From positions 160,001 through 224,000 of the forward strand of contig JAXGZN010000001.1 of assembly GCA_040776945.1 (NCBI GenBank): a stretch of DNA of 64,000 bases, read 5' to 3'. Below the pieces are notes generated by a model. The model saw only the letters and a list, made by a program, of their open reading frames with translations. It was not told the DNA's origin and did no database searches. Positions 8,879-18,608 of this stretch are shown here, piece after piece. The stretch comes from Methanomassiliicoccaceae archaeon (GTDB taxonomy: Archaea > Thermoplasmatota > Thermoplasmata > Methanomassiliicoccales > Methanomassiliicoccaceae). Position 1 is the stretch's first letter, and every line of letters begins with the position of its first letter. The position numbers and the translations under genes are program-made.

Positions 8879-10200
8879 CCGCTCTTCCCACAGCGCATGC
8901 CCTAAGAAGGTTGGACGAGAGGCATCAGGTCTTCTGCGAGCGATTGGACGACCCCATGATGATGGGGGACGCGAAGTTCCACTTCTCTGCCAAGGACAGC
9001 CTTTGCTCCAGGGATTTCCAGGCACGGGCCGGGAGCAAGGTTCTGGAAGGGTATCGCCCTCCCTTCGATGCCACCCCCGTTCACCGGCTCAGGGAGGCCG
9101 GCGGGCTACTGATAGGCAAGACCAACATGGACGAGTTCGGGTTCGGGTCCTTCAGCACCAACTCCGGGATCGGCATACCTCGTAACCCATTTGACGTGGG
9201 GAGGAGCTGCGGAGGATCGTCCGGGGGAGCGGCCGCGGCGGCATCTCTAATCGCCGATCATGTGGCCTTGGGCGTCAGTACTGGCGGGTCGATCTCCTGT
9301 CCTGCCTCGTTCTGCGGCGTCATCGGGCTGACACCTACCTATGGCAGGGTCTCCCGATGGGGGCTGATCGATTACAGCAACTCATTGGACAAGGTCGGAT
9401 TGCTCACGAGGACCTATCGTGATCTGGAACGCTACCTTCCGATCATATCCGGGCCGGACCCCAAGGATCCCACATCAATGGCGCAGCCCCCATTGGACAT
9501 GAGGGGAGAGGTCACGACAGCCGCTGTGCCCGCGGAGGCCATGACCGGTCTTTCGCCGGAGGTCAGGTCCGCTTTCGAGGAGGCACTGAAGGAGCTTGGG
9601 CGGAACGGCATCAAGGTCAGAGAGATCAAGATGCCGTCCATTCGTTATGCCCTCCCTGCCTACTATATATTGGGGACATCGGAGGCTTCGACGAACCTGG
9701 CGCGATACTGCGGCATGAGGTTCGGATCGATGAACCATGAGTTCGACCAGGGATTCAACGATTTCTTCTCGCAGACCCGCTCCGAGGATTTGGGTCCAGA
9801 GGCCAAGAGGAGGGTCTTGCTAGGTACCTTCTCGCGCATGGTCGGTCTCCGCAACCGCTATTATGTTAAGGCTCTGCAGGTCAGGCAGCTCATCATCTAC
9901 GAGTACCGCAAGGTGTTCGAGGACTTTGATGCCATCCTCTCACCGACCATGCCGTTCGTGGCCCCGCGGTTCGATGAGATAGCGCGAATGAGGCCCCTTG
10001 AGATGTACCAGGCCGATTTCCTTACAGTCCCGCCGAACCTGGCAGGCATGCCCCATATCTCGCTACCATGCGGATACAGCAGGGGGATGCCCATAGGCAT
10101 GCAGGCCGTTACCCCCCATTGGGCCGAAGGGGCCCTCGTGGACTTCGCCCGGTCGTGGGAGGAGTCCTTCCACTACCGGTTCCCGGAGGCGGTAGCATGA
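8875..10200 (+). CDS. gatA: Amidotransferase subunit A (amidase signature)
   Basis: AKD lysine, GKTNMDEFG, GGSSGGAAAA, STGGSI and PTYGRVSRWGL; GTGA overlap with gatC. Confidence 0.92.
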   Translation: MTALPTAHALRRLDERHQVFCERLDDPMMMGDAKFHFSAKDSLCSRDFQARAGSKVLEGYRPPFDATPVHRLREAGGLLIGKTNMDEFGFGSFSTNSGIGIPRNPFDVGRSCGGSSGGAAAAASLIADHVALGVSTGGSISCPASFCGVIGLTPTYGRVSRWGLIDYSNSLDKVGLLTRTYRDLERYLPIISGPDPKDPTSMAQPPLDMRGEVTTAAVPAEAMTGLSPEVRSAFEEALKELGRNGIKVREIKMPSIRYALPAYYILGTSEASTNLARYCGMRFGSMNHEFDQGFNDFFSQTRSEDLGPEAKRRVLLGTFSRMVGLRNRYYVKALQVRQLIIYEYRKVFEDFDAILSPTMPFVAPRFDEIARMRPLEMYQADFLTVPPNLAGMPHISLPCGYSRGMPIGMQAVTPHWAEGALVDFARSWEESFHYRFPEAVA

Positions 10201-11543
10201 AGATCGGACTGGAGATACATGTGCAGCTCCCGACGAGGTCCAAGCTTTTTTGCGGCTGCTCGACCTCCGGGGACGCTCCGAACAGCTCGGTGTGCCCGAT
10301 CTGCCTAGGCTTCCCCGGCTCAAGACCGTTCCTTAACCGGCGCGCTCTTGAGATGGGCGTGCTCATCGCCAAGTTCCTGAACTGCCAGATCACGGACCGG
10401 GTTTGGTTCGCCCGCAAGACCTATTTCTACCCGGACCTGCCCAAGAACTTCCAGATCACCCAATACGATACTCCGTTGGGTACTGACGGACACTTCATGA
10501 CCGGGGGGAAGAAGGTGGGGATCTGGAGAGTTCACATCGAAGAGGACCCCGGACGGATAAGAAGGGTCGGACGGGCCGGGGAGGAGGTGGCATTGATCGA
10601 CTATAACCGCTCGGGCGTGCCTCTTGTCGAGATCGTCACCGCTCCGGACCTGACATCCCCAGGGGAGGCCCGTGACTTCCTCACCGACCTTATCACCGAA
10701 CTGCGCCGGTTGATCGGCGTCACCGGAGAAGAGCAGACCATGAGGGTCGACGCAAACATCTCGGTGGGCGAGGAGAGGGTCGAGATCAAGAACATCACCG
10801 GTCTGAGGAACGTGGAGAAGGGATTGAGGTCCGAGGTGACCAGACAATCCAAGATGTTGGCCGCAGGGAAGCGCATAGTCAGGGAGACGCGGCACTTCGA
10901 CGAGGAGCGCGGGGTCACCATGCCCGGGCGGGAGAAGGAGTTCGAGGAGGATTACGGTTACATCGACGAGCCAGACCTCGGGACCTATCGCATCGGAGAG
11001 CTCGCTGCCTCCATGGTAGTGCCTGAGACGCCGCTGGTGCGTGCGGCCCGGCTGTCTTCACAACATGAGATAGGGATCGCAGCGGCCAGACAGATAGTCC
11101 TCACCGACTGGGCCCTGGCCGATCTGTTCGAGCTTCTCGCCGCTCGGGTTGGCGGAGAGGCCGCGATGAGCTGGACCATGGGGCCCCTGAGCTCATCTTG
11201 GAAGGAGCTCAAGTGCAAGGTCCCAGAGCTCGAAGGGGACATCATCAATATCATAACCGAGGTCACCGAGGGAAGGATGACCGACAGTGAGGGGAGGATG
11301 CGCCTTGTCGCGCTGGCATGTGGCCATGAGACCGCCTTGAACGCCTCGGAGGAGGCGCCCGATGACCTGGAAGAAATCATCGTCAAGATAGTGCGTGAGC
11401 ACCCCGAGGTGGTCAAGGATTACAGGATCAACGAGAGGGCGGCAAACTTCCTCATCGGCCAGGTCATGAAGGCGACCAAGGGGAGGTATTCCTCCAAAGT
11501 GGTGGCCGAAAGGATGAGAAAGGAATTGGAGAAAGGAGTTTAG
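10197..11543 (+). CDS. gatB: Amidotransferase subunit B
   Basis: MKIGLEIHVQL, RKTYFYPDLPKNFQITQY, DYNRSGVPLVEIVT and FLIGQVMKATKG. Confidence 0.95.
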   Translation: MKIGLEIHVQLPTRSKLFCGCSTSGDAPNSSVCPICLGFPGSRPFLNRRALEMGVLIAKFLNCQITDRVWFARKTYFYPDLPKNFQITQYDTPLGTDGHFMTGGKKVGIWRVHIEEDPGRIRRVGRAGEEVALIDYNRSGVPLVEIVTAPDLTSPGEARDFLTDLITELRRLIGVTGEEQTMRVDANISVGEERVEIKNITGLRNVEKGLRSEVTRQSKMLAAGKRIVRETRHFDEERGVTMPGREKEFEEDYGYIDEPDLGTYRIGELAASMVVPETPLVRAARLSSQHEIGIAAARQIVLTDWALADLFELLAARVGGEAAMSWTMGPLSSSWKELKCKVPELEGDIINIITEVTEGRMTDSEGRMRLVALACGHETALNASEEAPDDLEEIIVKIVREHPEVVKDYRINERAANFLIGQVMKATKGRYSSKVVAERMRKELEKGV

Positions 11544-13372
11544 TTGTCCTCGTCCTCGTCGTCCCCGGCAAGGCAGAGAAGCTGCAGCTCGGAGAGCTTG
11601 CCGTCCTCGACCTTGGCCGGAGCGCCGTCCATAAGGGACTGGAACTTCTTGTTCTTCGGGAAGGCTATCACCTCTCGGATGGTGTCGCAGCCCAGCAGTA
11701 TCGATACCAAACGGTCCACTCCCAGGGCTATGCCGCCGTGGGGAGGCGCCCCGTACCCCAGCGCTTCAAGGAAGAACCCGAAGTCCGAATCGATCTTCTC
11801 GTCCGACATCCCCAGTCGGCGGAACACCTGCCGCTGCACCTCGGGATCATGACATCGGATAGAGCCGGAGCCTATCTCTGAGCCGTCGAGAACAAGGTCG
11901 TAGCTCAGTCCGCCGATCGCGCCCAGGTCCCGGCAGCCCTCGACCTCACTGACCTCAGGGCAGACGAACGGATGATGGAACGCCTCCAGCTGGCCGGAGA
12001 TGCTATCTCTCTGGAAAAGAGGGCAGCCGACCAGCCATACGAACTGGTGGTCCTTTCCCTCGGTGAGACGGAGATCCTTGGCCAGCTTGCGGCGCAGTTC
12101 GCCACCAGCCTTGAGGGCGGCGATCTCGGAGCCGGCAAGGAACAGGAGAAGGTCTCCCTCTTGGGCACCCATCTCGTTCTCCAGCGATCTGGTGATCTCC
12201 TGGGGGAAGTACTTCACAATATTGCTCTGGAGGCCCTCAGAGGTCATGCGCATCCAGGTTAGGCCGCCCATGCCCTGTCCCTTGGCCCATTCGATGAGCC
12301 TGTCGACCTCGTTGCGTCCTACCGCGGCCTCATCGCCCGCCGTGGGCCTCATGAGATCGGCCGTGACGTTCATGCACACGACCCTCCCGCCCTTGGAGAG
12401 CACCTTTTTAAAGATCTCGTAGTTCGCGCCCTGAACGATGTCGGTCACATCGTGCAGCTTCAGATCGTATCGGATGTCCGGAGCGTCGGTGCCGTAACTA
12501 TGCATTGCTTCGTGGAAGGTTACGCGGGGGAACGGCGTCCTCAATTCCCGGCCGTAGATGGCCCGCCACATTGAGGACAGGACCTTCTCGACGAGCGCCT
12601 GGACGTCCCGGTCGTTCACGAAGGACATTTCGATGTCAAGTTGGGTGAACTCGGGCTGACGGTCAGACCTCGAGTCCTCGTCGCGGAAACAGCGGGCCAC
12701 CTGATAGTATTTGTCCATGCCGCCCACCATCAGCATCTGTTTGTACAGCTGGGGCGACTGAGGAAGGGCATAGAACGTCCCTGGCGAGATGCGAGAGGGA
12801 ACGATGAAGTCCCTGGCACCCTCCGGGGTCTGACGGCATAGCGTAGGGGTCTCCACCTCAACGAACCCCAGGTCGTCCAGAGCCCGCCTTGCGGCGGCGA
12901 TGGCTCGATGCCGAAACCTCAGGTTGTTCGCCATCTGGGTCCGCCTCAGGTCCAAGAAACGATACCTTAGCCGGAGGTCTTCCGAGGGAAGCAGCGATCC
13001 CTTCTGATCGGCGACCTCGAACGGCAGAGGTCTTGATGAGTTCAGCAGACAGGCCTCTTCGATCAGCACCTCGAGCTGGCCAGTGGGGTTGCGGGGGTCC
13101 TCTGTCCCGGGCACACGATTCCTGACCGTTCCGCCGACCGAGATTACAGACTCTCGGCCGAAGGACTTGAGCATCCTTTCCAGGCTCTCGCGGTCGCCCT
13201 CTCCTGACATGGCCTCCGGGTCGTACACCACCTGGGTGGTGCCGTATGCGTCCGCCAGGTCGAAGAAGAGGACCCCGCCATGGTCTCTAGAGAACCTAAT
13301 CCAGCCGGCCAGCTGTACATGCATGCCCAGATGATCGGCGCGCAGTTCTCCGCAGGTGTGTGTCCTCATCAT
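11540..13372 (-). CDS. aspS: Aspartyl-tRNA synthetase, bacterial type with GAD insert, probably non-discriminating
   Basis: 610 aa with RTHTCGEL, RDHGG, TPEGARDF, LPQSPQLYKQ, CFRDED, RQPEFTQLD, YGAPPHGGIALGVDR and IREVIAFPK. Confidence 0.93.
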   Translation of the reverse strand: MMRTHTCGELRADHLGMHVQLAGWIRFSRDHGGVLFFDLADAYGTTQVVYDPEAMSGEGDRESLERMLKSFGRESVISVGGTVRNRVPGTEDPRNPTGQLEVLIEEACLLNSSRPLPFEVADQKGSLLPSEDLRLRYRFLDLRRTQMANNLRFRHRAIAAARRALDDLGFVEVETPTLCRQTPEGARDFIVPSRISPGTFYALPQSPQLYKQMLMVGGMDKYYQVARCFRDEDSRSDRQPEFTQLDIEMSFVNDRDVQALVEKVLSSMWRAIYGRELRTPFPRVTFHEAMHSYGTDAPDIRYDLKLHDVTDIVQGANYEIFKKVLSKGGRVVCMNVTADLMRPTAGDEAAVGRNEVDRLIEWAKGQGMGGLTWMRMTSEGLQSNIVKYFPQEITRSLENEMGAQEGDLLLFLAGSEIAALKAGGELRRKLAKDLRLTEGKDHQFVWLVGCPLFQRDSISGQLEAFHHPFVCPEVSEVEGCRDLGAIGGLSYDLVLDGSEIGSGSIRCHDPEVQRQVFRRLGMSDEKIDSDFGFFLEALGYGAPPHGGIALGVDRLVSILLGCDTIREVIAFPKNKKFQSLMDGAPAKVEDGKLSELQLLCLAGDDEDEDN

Positions 13373-13496
13373 TTCTAGACCTCTTTAGAAGTCGCGGTCG
13401 TCCAAATATGTGGCCCCATCATAAACCATTCGGTAGGGGGCCGTCAATTATCATTGTGGTTCGAGCAAAACCATGAGATGAGGAGATGATCGGCGA

Positions 13497-13976
13497 TCAC
13501 GATCCTCCCTCCGGATGGTCCCCGGCGATGTTGAGGTCGGGGATGAACTGGTATGGGTCCTTGATCATGTTAAGGACAACATAGGTATTGGTCTTCTTGA
13601 TCCCATGGATGGTCAGCATCCTTTTTATCAGGTCGGAGAACTGGTCCCTGTTCTTGCAGGCGACCCAGGCTATGGAATCGCATTCACCGGTGACATCAAA
13701 GATCGCGAGCACGTTGTCCATCGCCTTGATCTTTCCCTGGACATCGAGTATGTCCCCCTCGGTGTAAATATGGACGAGGGCCATGAACTCGTAGCCCAGC
13801 TTCAAGTAGTCGATGTTGGCCCGATAGCCCTTGATTATCCCCTTTTCCTCCAAGTTCTTGACCCTCTGGATCAAGGTCGTGGGGTGAACCCCCAGCCTCT
13901 TGGCGATCTGGCGGTAGGAACCTTGACTGGATATGCATAGCTCCTCGATAATCCGCTTATCAAGCCCATCGAGCAT
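13497..13976 (-). CDS. Lrp/AsnC-family transcriptional regulator
   Basis: N-terminal HTH (LDKRII...RQIAKRLG...RVKNLEEKGIIKGY) and RAM domain VTGECD. Confidence 0.92.
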   Translation of the reverse strand: MLDGLDKRIIEELCISSQGSYRQIAKRLGVHPTTLIQRVKNLEEKGIIKGYRANIDYLKLGYEFMALVHIYTEGDILDVQGKIKAMDNVLAIFDVTGECDSIAWVACKNRDQFSDLIKRMLTIHGIKKTNTYVVLNMIKDPYQFIPDLNIAGDHPEGGS

Positions 13977-14106
13977 TGTAACGACCTAATTGGACAAATG
14001 TCTAATGAGATAGGGACTATTAAAACTATTAGGGAGGCCTTTCTCACATTTGTAGGCAAGTTGGTTGTCGCAATAGTTAATATGGGTCAATGATTAAAGA
14101 GCGGCC

Positions 14107-15300
14107 ATGACCGAGTTCCTTTATCTGAGCGATCCTGAATGCCGCGTGTTCGAATCCCGGGTCACCGAGGTCCGCGGGGACTGGGTCGTCCTCGAAAGGA
14201 CCGCGTTCTATCCCGGCGGAGGCGGGCAGGAAGCGGACCGAGGCATACTGTCTGGGCTGGCGGTGGCAGAGGTGAGGAGGGACAACGGTAACGTCCTCCA
14301 CAAGGTGCCGGGCCATCGTTTTTCGGTCGGCGGGACGGTCCGTGGGGAGATCGATTGGACCAGGAGGCGCGATCTCATGATGGGCCACACCGGAGAACAT
14401 CTCTTGTTCTCCTGCCTTCAAAGCGTGAGCCCGGAGATAACGGTGGTCAAGATCTCCATAACGCCAGAGAAGAAAAGCGTCATCATCAACGGCGAGCTCG
14501 ATTGGAGGATGATTGGCCTGGCAGAGGAACGGGCGATGGAGGCCATCTGTTCCAGGCTCGCGGTCAGCGAGAGGACGGTTACACGCGATGATCCCTGCCT
14601 CGAAGGGGCGAGGGCAAAGATGGAGCGCATCCATGGGGATGCTGTCAGGATAGTGGAGATCGGGGAACTGGACCGAGCGGCATGTTCCGGTCTTCATGTG
14701 CGTAACACGGGTGAGCTCGGCATGCTTTTGGTCACCGGCCTTACATCCGCCAGGCCGGCGGGGGACCTGGAGGTCGAGTTCGAGGTGGGAGACCGGGCCA
14801 AGGCAAGAGCGGCCGAGCTCGCCATCATCTCCTTGCACGCGGCAGAGGTCCTTGGGTCCTCGCCCAACAACCTCTTGGGAGCATTGGAGAACGCAGTGCG
14901 CGAGCGCGAAAGGGCCGTCTCGGCCCTTCGGAAATATGGCCTCAAAGCGCTCGAGAACCTTGTACCGTCCTCGATCAGCGGGGTTAGGCTGTATTCTGGC
15001 ATATTCGAGAGCATGGACAAGAGGACCATCACCGACGCTGCCTCTCGATTCATAAAGGAGCACGCGGCGTGCGTGCTGGGGACCGTGGGGGAACGCTTCA
15101 TGCTGGTGGTGGCCTGCAATCCGTCGATCAAGATCGACTGCGTAGGGATACTTAACAAGGCGTTAGAGCAGGTGGGCGGAAGAGGCGGAGGGAAGGCCAA
15201 CTTCGCTACTGGCGGCTCCCCTGCGGCAGATGGGGCGGAGGAAGCGATGGTCGCGGCCATAGCGTCCATGACAGACAGTTTGATGAGTTCGGATATCTAA
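14107..15300 (+). CDS. alaX: Alanyl-tRNA editing protein AlaX with C-terminal DHHA1 domain
   Basis: TAFYPGGGGQ, HTGEH and CSGLHV zinc ligands, GGRGGGK...ATGG. Confidence 0.85.
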   Translation: MTEFLYLSDPECRVFESRVTEVRGDWVVLERTAFYPGGGGQEADRGILSGLAVAEVRRDNGNVLHKVPGHRFSVGGTVRGEIDWTRRRDLMMGHTGEHLLFSCLQSVSPEITVVKISITPEKKSVIINGELDWRMIGLAEERAMEAICSRLAVSERTVTRDDPCLEGARAKMERIHGDAVRIVEIGELDRAACSGLHVRNTGELGMLLVTGLTSARPAGDLEVEFEVGDRAKARAAELAIISLHAAEVLGSSPNNLLGALENAVRERERAVSALRKYGLKALENLVPSSISGVRLYSGIFESMDKRTITDAASRFIKEHAACVLGTVGERFMLVVACNPSIKIDCVGILNKALEQVGGRGGGKANFATGGSPAADGAEEAMVAAIASMTDSLMSSDI

Positions 15301-15366
15301 GACCGGGCATCATTATGAGATATTCGGCTAGAAAATATCTTAACTGATTTCCATATATGCTCACCC

Positions 15367-16707
15367 ATGTCCAGCGAGGAGCTCACGAAAGAGAGCATAA
15401 TAAGGACGGTTAAGGAGCAGAACGTTAAGTTCATCGAGATGCAGTTCTCGGACATCCTGGGCGCGGTCAAGTCCGTTGCCCTTCCCACTTCCAATATCGA
15501 GAAGGCGCTGGACGAGGGCATGTTCATCGACGGCTCATCCATCCTCGGCTATGCTACCATCGAGGAATCGGATATGCGGGCCCAGCCGATCCTCTCCTCA
15601 TTTCAGATCTATCCCTGGACATGCAACGGAGGGATAAGGACCGCACGGCTCTTGTGCCAGATATATGACCATTCTGGATATCGTTTCAAGGGTGACCCCC
15701 GATGGGTATTGGAAAAGATGGTGATCAAGGCCAAGGACAAAGGATATGACGTTAACCTAGGTCCGGAGTTCGAGTTCTTCCTCTTCAACCTGGACAGCAG
15801 GGGCAATCCGATCGCGGTGCCTGCCGATTCCGCCGGCTACTTCGACCTCATGGCCTTGGACAAGGGAGAGGAGGTCAGGAAGCATATCATGCTGAACCTC
15901 GACGTAATGGGCTTTGATTGCGAGGCTTCCCATCATGAGGTCGCGCCCGGGCAGCATGAGGTGGACATGCGGTACAATGATGCCCTAACTGTTGCCGATC
16001 GCTTAATGACCTTCAAGCTGGCGGTGAAGACGATAGCGCTCCAGCATGGACTATATGCGAGCTTCATGCCCAAGCCCATGTATAAGATGGCCGGCTCCGG
16101 CATGCATGTGCACCAGAGCCTCTCCGGCCCCCGGGGCAATGCGTTCGACGACCCTTCAGGCAAGTTCGGACTGAGCGACGTCGCCATGAAGTATCTGGGT
16201 GGTTTGCTGGCTCATTCCAAGGAAACCTGCGCGGTCATCAACTCGCATGTCAATTCGTTCAAGCGCCTGGTGCCTGGTTATGAGGCCCCGTGCTACATCT
16301 CGTGGGCTAACATGAACCGGTCGGCGCTCATCAGAGTGCCGGCAGGCCGAGGCAGCAAGGCCCGCGTCGAACTGCGGAACCCCGACCCTGCCGGGAACCC
16401 CTATCTGCAGTTCGCCATGATGATAGCCTCTGGTCTCAACGGCATAGAGAAGGGGACCTATCCGCCTGATCCGGTTGAGAAGGACATCTATCACATGAGC
16501 AAGGAGGAGAGGCGCCGCAACAAGATCGATTCTCTGCCGGAGAACCTCGGGCAAGCTCTGGAGATCATGTCCGGAAGCGACCTGGTCAGAAGGACACTGG
16601 GAGATCATATTTTCGAGCATTATCTTAAGATCAAAGGGGACGAGTGGGACGAGTACCGCACCTGCGTCACGGACTGGGAGGTCCAGAGGTACCTGAGCCA
16701 ACTTTGA
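15367..16707 (+). CDS. glnA: Glutamine synthetase type I (alpha-like)
   Basis: DGSSI, GPEFEFF, HHEVAPGQHE, FMPKP, GSGMHVHQS, RLVPGYEAP, NRSALIRVP and ELRNPD; 446 aa. Confidence 0.95.
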   Translation: MSSEELTKESIIRTVKEQNVKFIEMQFSDILGAVKSVALPTSNIEKALDEGMFIDGSSILGYATIEESDMRAQPILSSFQIYPWTCNGGIRTARLLCQIYDHSGYRFKGDPRWVLEKMVIKAKDKGYDVNLGPEFEFFLFNLDSRGNPIAVPADSAGYFDLMALDKGEEVRKHIMLNLDVMGFDCEASHHEVAPGQHEVDMRYNDALTVADRLMTFKLAVKTIALQHGLYASFMPKPMYKMAGSGMHVHQSLSGPRGNAFDDPSGKFGLSDVAMKYLGGLLAHSKETCAVINSHVNSFKRLVPGYEAPCYISWANMNRSALIRVPAGRGSKARVELRNPDPAGNPYLQFAMMIASGLNGIEKGTYPPDPVEKDIYHMSKEERRRNKIDSLPENLGQALEIMSGSDLVRRTLGDHIFEHYLKIKGDEWDEYRTCVTDWEVQRYLSQL

Positions 16708-17024
16708 GAGGTTGCCGCACTGTTGCTGGTCTAGCCTCCTGGCAGTTCTGCGATGCCCTTGTCCATTCCCTGAAGCGTAGGCTGGCCCGATCGATAGGTG
16801 GTACCGGACCTATCCACGCTGCGCTTCCCTCAGAAGGGCATCACCCCCTAGATCCCATGACCTATGTCATTATGCACATATAGCAGAACGAACCCTGTGT
16901 GTTCGTTGCCTTTAGCGGAAAAAGCATTGATCTCTTTCCTGCTTATCCGCCCTCAAGTCCACCATATGACTAATGAAAGACTTTATTATTCGAGCGAGAT
17001 ACCGGAAATCGCAAGTGAAATCTC

Positions 17025-18455
17025 ATGGACATGACCATAAGAGAAGCCAAGGAATTCTTTAGGGCCAACAACATCGAGATGGTCGACTTCAAGATGATCG
17101 ATCTAGACGGCAGATGGCGTCATCTGACGATACCTGCCGCCAACTTCACCGATTCGATACTTGAGCATGGCATCGGTTTCGATGGTTCAAACTATGGTTA
17201 TGCTCCGGTAGAGAGGAGCGACATGGTGTTCATACCGGACATAAGCACTATGATCGTCGATCCTTTCACCCTCGTGCCGACGGCCACCATGATAGGCGAC
17301 GTGATGTCCATAGGCAAGAAGAACGAGCCGTTCAACCAATATCCTCGCAACGTGGCCAAGCGGGCCGAGAGCTACTTGAGGGAGAGCGGGATAGCTGATG
17401 AGATGATAATCGGCCCGGAGTTCGAGTTCCATCTGTTCGATTCTGTTTCCTACGAGGTAGGCTCTAGGAGCATGCGATACAGCGTGGATACTCGAGAGGC
17501 GGAGTGGAACGCCGGTGCCAGCTCACCGGAGAATAAGGGCTATCAGATCGCTCAGAAAGGGGGCTACCATATTGACGTTCCCAAGGATGTTACTCATGAT
17601 CTCCGCAGCAGAATGTGCATATTGCTGAACAAGTGCGACGTCCCGGTAAAGTATCATCACCGCGAGGTAAGCGGCTCTGGCCAGGTCGAGATCGAGGTCG
17701 AGCTGGGCAAGATGAGCACGATGGCCGACCGGACCATGATGGTCAAGTATATCGTGAAGAACTGTGCCGCTGCCGAGGGAAAGACCGCGACCTTCATGCC
17801 CAAGCCCATCTACCTTGAGGCAGGGAACGGCATGCATGTTCACATGCTATTGATGAAAGACGGCCGACCCTTGTTCTATGACCCGGAAGGCTATTCGGGC
17901 CTAAGCAGGACAGCTCACTACTTCATCGGCGGCCTGTTAAAGCATATCGCATCCCTCTGTGCCTTGACCAACCCGTCCACCAACTCATACAAGAGGCTGA
18001 TACCAGGGTTCGAGGCGCCGGTCACCATCGGCTACGCTACGGCCAACCGCAGCGCGGTCATCCGCATCCCCGCCTATGCTCGGTCGCCTGAGGCTAAGCG
18101 CTTTGAGCTGAGGAACCCTGACGCGACATGCAATCCCTATTATGCCTATGCGGCCATCCTTATGGCGGGCATCGACGGCATAGAGAACAAGATCGATCCG
18201 TCCGATCATTATTGGGGGCCCTTCGACTTCAACCTCTACAATCTGAGCAAAGAGGAGCAGAAGAGGATCGAGTCGTTGCCAAGGACCCTCGTTGAGGCCC
18301 TGGACGCCCTCGAGACGGACCATGACTACTTGACCAAAGGCGGAGTGTTCCCGAAAGAGCTCTTGATGCACTGGATCGAGAAGAAGCGCAAAGAGGCGAA
18401 CATGATCGACCATATTCCCCATCCCGCCGAGTACAAGATGTACTACGATCTATGA
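17025..18455 (+). CDS. glnA: Glutamine synthetase type I (beta-like, second copy)
   Basis: GFDGS, GPEFEF, KGGY, TFMPKP, GNGMHVH, KRLIPGFEAP, NRSAVIRIP and NLYNL; 476 aa with a beta-type insertion. Confidence 0.93.
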   Translation: MDMTIREAKEFFRANNIEMVDFKMIDLDGRWRHLTIPAANFTDSILEHGIGFDGSNYGYAPVERSDMVFIPDISTMIVDPFTLVPTATMIGDVMSIGKKNEPFNQYPRNVAKRAESYLRESGIADEMIIGPEFEFHLFDSVSYEVGSRSMRYSVDTREAEWNAGASSPENKGYQIAQKGGYHIDVPKDVTHDLRSRMCILLNKCDVPVKYHHREVSGSGQVEIEVELGKMSTMADRTMMVKYIVKNCAAAEGKTATFMPKPIYLEAGNGMHVHMLLMKDGRPLFYDPEGYSGLSRTAHYFIGGLLKHIASLCALTNPSTNSYKRLIPGFEAPVTIGYATANRSAVIRIPAYARSPEAKRFELRNPDATCNPYYAYAAILMAGIDGIENKIDPSDHYWGPFDFNLYNLSKEEQKRIESLPRTLVEALDALETDHDYLTKGGVFPKELLMHWIEKKRKEANMIDHIPHPAEYKMYYDL

Positions 18456-18472
18456 ACAAGGCATCTTCGGGA

Positions 18473-18509
18473 GCGGACGCCCCCGTCCGCCCCACCCCAT
18501 ATTTTTTTT
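18473..18509 (+). terminator. Hairpin plus T-tract terminator after the second glnA
   Basis: GCGGACG-cccc-CGTCCGC (18473-18490) followed by T8 at 18502-18509. Confidence 0.6.
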
Positions 18510-18608
18510 GAACGGGTCGTCGTCGGCCTTGTCCTTGGTCCTGCGGCGTTCTTTTCTAGCCGTCCTATTCATATATTTCCGATTCGAATAGACCGTCCCG
18601 GTGAGTAT

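Noticed and set aside
15301-17024. NrpR operators (GGAA-N6-TTCC) upstream of the glnA genes
   Set aside because: No correctly spaced match was found in either upstream region.
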